From: a virus
Strand: one strand, 5' to 3'
IMG/VR virus record: IMGVR_UViG_3300035542_000215
Length of the DNA stretch: 26,230 nt
Shown here: positions 16,888-23,562 of the stretch, one piece after another
Position numbering within the stretch: position 1 is the stretch's first letter
Layout of the letters: every line of letters starts with the position of its first letter
Notes under the pieces: generated by a model
Told to the model about the DNA's origin: nothing
What the model saw: the letters and a program-made list of their open reading frames with translations, nothing else
Database searches by the model: none
Translations under genes and position numbers: made by a program

Positions 16888-19002
16888 ATGAGAAATAAAA
16901 ATGTAGGGGCAGTAATTGCCCCTTATTTCAATATTTTATTCGCATTTATGGTTGCATTTTTTGCTTTTATAACAATTGGAACTATTTTTTTAGATATAAA
17001 CTACTATAAATTAAACATAGCTACATTTTTGATTATTACTGTTTTCTTTTTAATTTTTAAAGGGATTTCGGCTGATGAAAATTTGCCTCAGGCAATTTTT
17101 CTATATAAAATTGCTGTAATTTTAGTTTTTGTAACTATATTTAACATTCCTTACATATTGTTAAAAACTAAGGTAGATGATGTTCCCAAACCGTTGTTTT
17201 TCATGTTGAATACTACAGGTTTATTCATTGGAATATTTTTAGTAAATAAAAAGAATTTCTATTCATCAAAAGATGAAATGGATAATAAGAAAAGTAGAAA
17301 AGGATTTTTCTGGAAAAATCAAAACAAAAAACCTGGTGACATTGAAATATGTAAGGATATAAAAACAAACGAACCTATAATATTACCATCTAAAGATAGG
17401 TTTTTACATATGTTAATTCTTGGACCAACAGGTTCTGGTAAGACTTCTCAAGTGATAATACCTATGCTAAATCAAGATTTGAAAAATAAAGAAATGGGGA
17501 TAACTGTTATTGAACCTAAATCTGATCTTGCCGAAAATGTCTATGCCTTAGCTAAAATTAATGGCAGAGATTGTATTTATTTTAACCCAACTTTTGATGA
17601 TTGTCCTAAATTTAATCCGTTATACGGAGAAGAAGATATAGTTATTGAAAATATGGCTACAACTTTTAAAATGTTAAACTTAGATTCACCCCAATTTTTC
17701 TCCGATATGAATGAGCAATTAATAAGAAACTCTTTAAAAGTTTTAAAAAGACTTTATGGTAATAAAGCTACATTAGTTCATCTGTCTAGACTTATTCAAA
17801 ATAATGGTGGAGCTGGAAAAGAGATAATCAATAGATTTATGAAAATAACTTCTGAAACAGCAGAAATTGCAAAAGAAAATTCTGATATAGCAGCCTGGTT
17901 TATTAACGATTATTTAACAGAAAAAAGTAAAACTTATGAGCACTGTTCAGGGTTAAGGTCCCAAGTTGCAAAGATTGTTTCAAACAAGTATTTGAGAAAT
18001 GTTTTAAATCCAGTTGATGGTGAAAATGATATTGACTTTGCTAAACACTTAAAAGAAGGAGGAGTATTGGCTATTACTACTGCTCAAGGTGCTTTAAGAC
18101 AATTAGGTGGATATTTGGGTTATTTCATTATTTTACAATTTCAGTCCGCAGTCTTTAATAGGCCTGGAAATGAAAATACCAGAAGGAGTCATGCTTTATA
18201 TATAGATGAATTTCAAACTTATTCGAATCCTGGTTTTTCAGATATGCTAACTCAGGGTAGAAGTTATAGGGTTGCATCTCACTTGGCAACTCAAAATAGA
18301 GCTCTTATGGGAATGGGTGCTGGTAGAGATGGTAAAAATTTCGTTGATCTAGTTTCTACAAATGCTAGAAATATAATTCTTTTTCCCGGTGCTAACGCAG
18401 CTGATGCTGAGTTTTATGCTAAACAATTTGGAAAGATAAAAGTTACTAAAAAGTCTATTAGTACTTCTAGAAAAAAATTCAATCCCCTCTATGGTTTTGA
18501 TAAACTTGGAAATCCTTCAGAAAGCATAAGTGAAAGAGAAGATATGGAAGATAGGATTTCACCTACTGATATTATTTATAGGAAGTTCGGAGAGATAACT
18601 TATTGCATAGTAAAAAATAATACTCTACAGTATCCAGATGTCGGAAAGGTTTCTTTTGTGAGTAAGGAAACTAAAAGAGCCATGGATGATATAGTTGAAG
18701 AGTATAACGAATCAAAATCTAAAATTAATGAAAAATATGCAGATCCAGTTGTTGGAGATTCTCAAAGAGATGCGGATTTAGAGGATGACATAGAAATTAA
18801 TTTTGAAGAAGATTTTACAATAGAAAAAGAAATAAAAGATGGAAATAAACAAGAAGAAACAGAAGATAGGACCGATCCTATTTTGAAAAAACAAAAAAAA
18901 GAGGATGTTAAGGATAATCAAGAAAATAATTCTGAAAATAAAGAAGAGAAACAAGAAGAAAAAGAAATATTGTTTGAGGAAGAAGAGGATAACCTTATTT
19001 AG
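16888..19002 (+). CDS. VirD4/TraG/TraD-like type IV coupling protein
   Basis: About four N-terminal TM segments, DRFLHMLILGPTGSGKT (Walker A), VIEPKSD, LYIDEFQ (Walker B), QGRSY....LATQ, acidic C-terminal tail. Confidence 0.88.
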   Translation: MRNKNVGAVIAPYFNILFAFMVAFFAFITIGTIFLDINYYKLNIATFLIITVFFLIFKGISADENLPQAIFLYKIAVILVFVTIFNIPYILLKTKVDDVPKPLFFMLNTTGLFIGIFLVNKKNFYSSKDEMDNKKSRKGFFWKNQNKKPGDIEICKDIKTNEPIILPSKDRFLHMLILGPTGSGKTSQVIIPMLNQDLKNKEMGITVIEPKSDLAENVYALAKINGRDCIYFNPTFDDCPKFNPLYGEEDIVIENMATTFKMLNLDSPQFFSDMNEQLIRNSLKVLKRLYGNKATLVHLSRLIQNNGGAGKEIINRFMKITSETAEIAKENSDIAAWFINDYLTEKSKTYEHCSGLRSQVAKIVSNKYLRNVLNPVDGENDIDFAKHLKEGGVLAITTAQGALRQLGGYLGYFIILQFQSAVFNRPGNENTRRSHALYIDEFQTYSNPGFSDMLTQGRSYRVASHLATQNRALMGMGAGRDGKNFVDLVSTNARNIILFPGANAADAEFYAKQFGKIKVTKKSISTSRKKFNPLYGFDKLGNPSESISEREDMEDRISPTDIIYRKFGEITYCIVKNNTLQYPDVGKVSFVSKETKRAMDDIVEEYNESKSKINEKYADPVVGDSQRDADLEDDIEINFEEDFTIEKEIKDGNKQEETEDRTDPILKKQKKEDVKDNQENNSENKEEKQEEKEILFEEEEDNLI

Positions 19003-19020
19003 GAATTAGACCTCCTGATT

Positions 19021-19048
19021 TTGACAGATATTCTATATGTGTTATTCT
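19021..19048 (+). promoter_or_regulatory. sigmaA-type promoter with extended -10
   Basis: TTGACA-16 bp-TATTCT, with TGn before the -10. Confidence 0.65.
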
Positions 19049-19130
19049 TAAATTAACAAAGAAATATTAAAAATCAAAATATCTTACACAAAAGGAGGTT
19101 TATGCAACCTATTTAGGTTGTAAAAATCAT

Positions 19131-19955
19131 ATGATAAAGAAAAAAGAAATATTATTAATCTCTCTCATTTTTATATTCATAATAGCATTGTTTGTATTCT
19201 TTATAAAAATTATGCCCTCTATTAACAATGGTAAAGAATTAACCTTAGAGGAAAATTATGATGAATACTTGGAGGAAAAAAATAAAGAAGAAAATTCAGA
19301 AAAAAAAGACAATGAAAAACCTAAGGAAGATACAGAAAATATTGAAGTTGAAAAAGAAGATTATATAGCACTGTCGGTTAAAGAAGAAGTCGTTCCTCTA
19401 ATAGCTACTGCAAGGTGGGAAGAGGCTTTAGAAATTCTAAATGTTTACTTTGAAGAAAATTATCAAGAAGCTGAAAGTTATTATGAAGATGATCCACAAC
19501 TAAATAAAACTGTAGAGCTATTGAAGAACTACCAGAAAGACTTAAGTTTATTAGTTCAAATGGCTTATGTAGATCAAGAGCAATACAGAAATATTTTCAC
19601 TTCATTTAACGCTCCTGAAACTTTTTTATCTGCCATGATATATTATCCTTTTTCAGTTAAAATAAGTGGTTTTACTGATTATGAAAGCTTAGTTGTTACC
19701 ACAGAAACTAATAATGTAGCTTTTTACAATATTGAAAAAATAGAAAATGATGAATACTTAGAAGAAATAAACAGTAATAATAACAGTACCTTTACCAGTA
19801 TTTACTCTCAAGATTTTGAGGTAGATGGATATGATTTAACTATTGAATACATAAAAACGAAAGATGAAAGCTGGATGGTTCACAAGATAATATCTGAAGA
19901 TGAAGACCATTACTACATGGATGTAAATATGTGGAGAGAAAGGTTGAATATATGA
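19131..19955 (+). CDS. Acidic hypothetical protein with N-terminal membrane anchor
   Basis: KKKEILLISLIFIFIIALFVFF TM segment followed by an acidic region. Confidence 0.75.
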   Translation: MIKKKEILLISLIFIFIIALFVFFIKIMPSINNGKELTLEENYDEYLEEKNKEENSEKKDNEKPKEDTENIEVEKEDYIALSVKEEVVPLIATARWEEALEILNVYFEENYQEAESYYEDDPQLNKTVELLKNYQKDLSLLVQMAYVDQEQYRNIFTSFNAPETFLSAMIYYPFSVKISGFTDYESLVVTTETNNVAFYNIEKIENDEYLEEINSNNNSTFTSIYSQDFEVDGYDLTIEYIKTKDESWMVHKIISEDEDHYYMDVNMWRERLNI

Positions 19956-20392
19956 TGACTAAATTTAGGGATATCTTAAATGTTCAAAATTTATACTTTC
20001 AAGTTCAAAAAATATCAATAACTTTAATAGGAACATATATTATATATATATTTGCTAACATTCTTTTTATAGATTCGGAAGCTTTATTTTATACTAAATT
20101 GTTTTTTGCCAGTAGTTATATTTTTGCAGATGGGATTATTTTTAAACTAAGATACGTTATAAAATCAAGGAAAATTTTTGAATCTTATGTTAAAACTGAA
20201 AAATATTTGCTGAAAGAAGGTTTTGATGAAATAAGAGTAAATTTTGACGCAGATAATTTTATTGCAGAAATTGAAGTGAAAAATGCAACCAATGCAGAAA
20301 AAAAACAGCTCATAGATCAACTGGTCGATAGGCTAAGTTTTAACGATGAACTCAAATACTACATGAAAATTAAAATTTCAGACTTAAAATAG
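19952..20392 (+). CDS. Two-TM membrane hypothetical protein
   Basis: Probable start ATG 19952 or 19955, overlapping the upstream TGA (ATGATG); two hydrophobic segments. Confidence 0.7.
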   Translation: MMTKFRDILNVQNLYFQVQKISITLIGTYIIYIFANILFIDSEALFYTKLFFASSYIFADGIIFKLRYVIKSRKIFESYVKTEKYLLKEGFDEIRVNFDADNFIAEIEVKNATNAEKKQLIDQLVDRLSFNDELKYYMKIKISDLK

Positions 20393-20417
20393 AGGTTTTT
20401 TATACTTCTATTTTTTT
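20386..20417 (+). terminator. Intrinsic terminator
   Basis: AAAATAGAGGT...ACTTCTA followed by T7. Confidence 0.65.
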
Positions 20418-20452
20418 GTTTTACAGTGAAGAAGCTGTTAGACCTTCTGGTT

Positions 20453-20480
20453 TTGACAGCTTTTTTAGCTGTGTTAAAAT
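20453..20480 (+). promoter_or_regulatory. sigmaA-type promoter with extended -10
   Basis: TTGACA-16 bp-TAAAAT, with TGn before the -10. Confidence 0.7.
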
Positions 20481-20508
20481 TAAACTAGATAAAGAAATTT
20501 TCTTAGCA

Positions 20509-20539
20509 GGAATAATTTAAGTTATTAATGCATACTATA
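20509..20539 (+). promoter_or_regulatory. Recurrent promoter motif copy 10 (exonuclease-recG)
   Basis: GGAATAA-N13-TGCATACTATA. Confidence 0.75.
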
Positions 20540-20573
20540 AAAATAGTCAATAAATTGAGGAGGGAGTAGTTTT

Positions 20574-21431
20574 ATGCGGATATCAGGAGAAAAAATGGAA
20601 AAAGCTTTAGTAAACTCAAAAACATATATAAGCATTGATATAGAAACTACTGGTTTTTCAATTAAAAAAGGTGCAGAAATAATAGAAATTGCAGCCGTAA
20701 AAATAGATACAGTTAATAAAAAGAGAACAGGCGTTTTTCAAACCTTCGTGAAGCCAGTAAAAAGAAAAACTATACCCAAAAAAATTGTAGAATTAACAAA
20801 TATAAACCAAGACATGGTTAAAGATGCCCCATTTATAGAATCAGCTTTAAGAAGCTTAAATAATTTTATCAAAAATTATCCACTGGTTTTTCACAATGCA
20901 AGTTTTGACTGGGATAGGTTTTTAGATCCTTTATTTAGAAAACAGGGGATAGTAAAAAATAACTTAATAATAGATACCCTTCCAATCGCCAAAGTGTGCT
21001 TTCCAAATATAAAAAGTAGAAAGCTTCAAAGTGTATGCAACCACTTAGGTTATAACACTAGCTTTCATAGGGCTATAACAGATGCAAGAGCTACTGCTAC
21101 GGTAGCTTATCATTGCAAGAAGATATTGGAAAAAAAATATGAAATTAAACCTGAAGAAAATAAAGAAATTCAAATGTCAATATCAACAGAAGATAAAACT
21201 TTACCCGATTTAAGAATCAAGAGTTTTAACTACTGGGAGAAAGCAAAATATAAAAGAGTTTATGTCCTAACTACATGGGGGAATGTCTTTTATGACTTTA
21301 AAACAAAAGAATGGTCCGTTAAAAATGCTACGGTTGAAAAAACTATAGATTTTAAAAAAATAGAAGACAAGTTTTTAAAGGCTTCAAGACTTAAGTCTTT
21401 AAAAGAAGCTGAACAAAAATTTGTATCATAA
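20574..21431 (+). CDS. DEDDh 3'-5' exonuclease (DnaQ/PolC-exonuclease-like)
   Basis: SIDIETTG, EIIEIAAVK, LVFHNASFD, IDTL, HRAITDA. Confidence 0.9.
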   Translation: MRISGEKMEKALVNSKTYISIDIETTGFSIKKGAEIIEIAAVKIDTVNKKRTGVFQTFVKPVKRKTIPKKIVELTNINQDMVKDAPFIESALRSLNNFIKNYPLVFHNASFDWDRFLDPLFRKQGIVKNNLIIDTLPIAKVCFPNIKSRKLQSVCNHLGYNTSFHRAITDARATATVAYHCKKILEKKYEIKPEENKEIQMSISTEDKTLPDLRIKSFNYWEKAKYKRVYVLTTWGNVFYDFKTKEWSVKNATVEKTIDFKKIEDKFLKASRLKSLKEAEQKFVS

Positions 21432-21443
21432 CAGGAGGAAAAT

Positions 21444-23363
21444 ATGAGTATACCACTTTCAGAGCTTGGAGTTACCGAAAGAAAAGTAAAACAATTTTAT
21501 AGAAAAGATATAGAAGATGTAGAAGACCTTCTTAATTTTTTCCCTATCAATTATAGAAACTATCAAAAACTTACCAGTATAAGCGATCTCAAAGAAGGCA
21601 CTTATGCTGCTGTATCAGGATTAGTTATAGATAAAGAACAGCCAAATTCGAAAATGTTTAGTGTTTTTATTCAAGATAATAACAATAGACAATTTAGGAT
21701 AAATTGGTTTGGTGGAGATTACTACTTTAACAGAGTACAACTTGGAGAAGAGTATATATTTTGTGGAAAGATAACTTCTTTTAGGTATTCTCTTTGTATG
21801 AATTCTCCAGAGTTATTTACTAAAAATATAAAGGAACTTTCAATATATCCTAGATACTCTAAAATAAGAGGAATGTCTAGGGACTACCTTGTAGATAAGA
21901 TAGAAAAAGCCTTAAAATATCCAGTGAAATTTAACGAAGATAAAAAACAGATAGAACTAGCCGATAAGTTTAAGTTGATGCCTAAAAAACAAGCCTATAA
22001 AGAAATTCATAATCCAACTTCTATTAATTTGTATAGAAAAGCTAAGCTAAGATTTGCCTTCGATATAATATATGATTTTTATAATAGCATGAAAAAAAGA
22101 AGCACGGTATCTAACTTCGTTCCTCCAGAAATTAAAGTAGTTGAAAAAGGGGAAGAGTTCATATATAACCTTCCTTTTAAATTAACGAAAGACCAAGCTG
22201 CAACGATTGAAAAATTAAAGAATAAAATGCTTTCTAAGCAAAAAATACAAGGACTGATACTAGGAGATGTTGGTAGTGGAAAAACAGTTGTGGCAGCTTA
22301 TCTGTGCACTGTAATGGCTGAAAATAGATACCAATCAGCCGTCCTTAATCCCACTCAAGTTTTAGCGAATCAAAACTATGAAGTTATTAAAGACTACCTA
22401 GAGCCTTTTGGATATAAAGTTGAAATCTTAACTTCTTCAACAAAAGCAAAAAAAAGAAGGAAAATTTTAGAAGAATTAAAAAGTGGAGACATTGATGTTT
22501 TAGTAGGAACCCATTCTTTAATAAATGAAAGAGTTGCTTTTAAAAATATCGGCCTTTCCTTAATAGATGAAGAGCATAGATTTGGGGTGAAGCAAAAGGA
22601 AAAACTAAGAAAAACTTATCAGGAAAATATTCATTCTGTATCTATGAGTGCAACTCCAATTCCAAGAAGTTTGGCTTTATCAATTTTTGGGAAAAATATT
22701 GAGATTTACAACATTAAAACTAAACCAAAAGGAAGAAAGCCTGTTGAAACAACTCAAGTCTATAATTTAGATAAAATATTTGAAAAAATTCAAGAAGAGG
22801 TAAAAAAAGGAAGACAAGCCTATATTGTTTGTCCTTTGATAGAAGATTCCGAATCAGAAGCTTTTAAAAATGTATTGAGTGTAAAGAAAATATATGAAGA
22901 AGTCAATAAAAAGTTTAAACATGATTCAGATATAAATATATGCAGAATATCAGGAGATATGAAGGATAAAAAAATTGACAAAACTATAAGAGATTTTGCT
23001 AAGAAAAAATACCAGGTTTTAATATCAACTACAATTATAGAAGTTGGAATTAATGTGCCGAATGCATCACTTATGGCAATTTGTTCTGCTGAAAGATTTG
23101 GGTTGTCACAACTTCATCAGTTAAGAGGTAGGGTAGGAAGAGCTAAACATGATTCTTATTGCTTACTTATGAGCCATCACAAAAATGAAAGACTTAAAAC
23201 TTTAGAAAAAACAACTGATGGTTTTGAAATTGCTGAAAAGGATTTAGAATTAAGAGGCGGAGGATCTTTAACTGGTTTAGTGCAAACAGGATATTCTGAA
23301 GAAATTGAAAGTATTTTGCAGTATGCAAAACTATCAAAAGCTGTTCAAGCTGAGGTATGTTAA
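21444..23363 (+). CDS. recG: RecG-family SF2 helicase
   Basis: LPFKLT.DQ, LILGDVGSGKTVVA, PTQVLA.Q, IDEEHRFGV.Q, MSATPIPRSLAL, TTIIEVGINVPNA, AERFGLSQLHQLRGRVGR, DGFEIAEKDLELRG.G. Confidence 0.95.
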   Translation: MSIPLSELGVTERKVKQFYRKDIEDVEDLLNFFPINYRNYQKLTSISDLKEGTYAAVSGLVIDKEQPNSKMFSVFIQDNNNRQFRINWFGGDYYFNRVQLGEEYIFCGKITSFRYSLCMNSPELFTKNIKELSIYPRYSKIRGMSRDYLVDKIEKALKYPVKFNEDKKQIELADKFKLMPKKQAYKEIHNPTSINLYRKAKLRFAFDIIYDFYNSMKKRSTVSNFVPPEIKVVEKGEEFIYNLPFKLTKDQAATIEKLKNKMLSKQKIQGLILGDVGSGKTVVAAYLCTVMAENRYQSAVLNPTQVLANQNYEVIKDYLEPFGYKVEILTSSTKAKKRRKILEELKSGDIDVLVGTHSLINERVAFKNIGLSLIDEEHRFGVKQKEKLRKTYQENIHSVSMSATPIPRSLALSIFGKNIEIYNIKTKPKGRKPVETTQVYNLDKIFEKIQEEVKKGRQAYIVCPLIEDSESEAFKNVLSVKKIYEEVNKKFKHDSDINICRISGDMKDKKIDKTIRDFAKKKYQVLISTTIIEVGINVPNASLMAICSAERFGLSQLHQLRGRVGRAKHDSYCLLMSHHKNERLKTLEKTTDGFEIAEKDLELRGGGSLTGLVQTGYSEEIESILQYAKLSKAVQAEVC

Positions 23364-23434
23364 TAACTCCCCCTATCTAAATATTAACGTAGTTTGAGGA
23401 AAGAGACTTTTTACCAAAAAATGTTAAATAAATG

Positions 23435-23468
23435 ATAAACAGCAAGATTGTTTCTTGCTGTTTATTTT
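23435..23468 (+). terminator. Intrinsic terminator
   Basis: ATAAACAGCAAGA-ttgtt-TCTTGCTGTTTAT followed by TTT. Confidence 0.8.
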
Positions 23469-23470
23469 AT

Positions 23471-23501
23471 GGAATATTTAGGCTGGTAAATGCATATAAT
23501 A
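23471..23501 (+). promoter_or_regulatory. Recurrent promoter motif copy 11 (surface-protein gene)
   Basis: GGAATAT-N13-TGCATATAATA. Confidence 0.85.
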
Positions 23502-23562
23502 TAATGAATTTGTTTTCAAGCTATATTTAAATAGCTAGAAAAATAAAACTTAGGAGGTAAAG

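Noticed and set aside
23384-23395. Isolated iteron-like 12-mer (AAACTACGTTAA on the minus strand)
   Set aside because: Lacks the ACGA half of the iteron; a single AT-rich match is plausibly chance.
1742-23501. Recurrent motif as ssDNA (Frpo-like) leading-region promoters or integron attC sites
   Set aside because: Copies occur on both strands, are not within long stem-loops and have no attC-like inverted cores.
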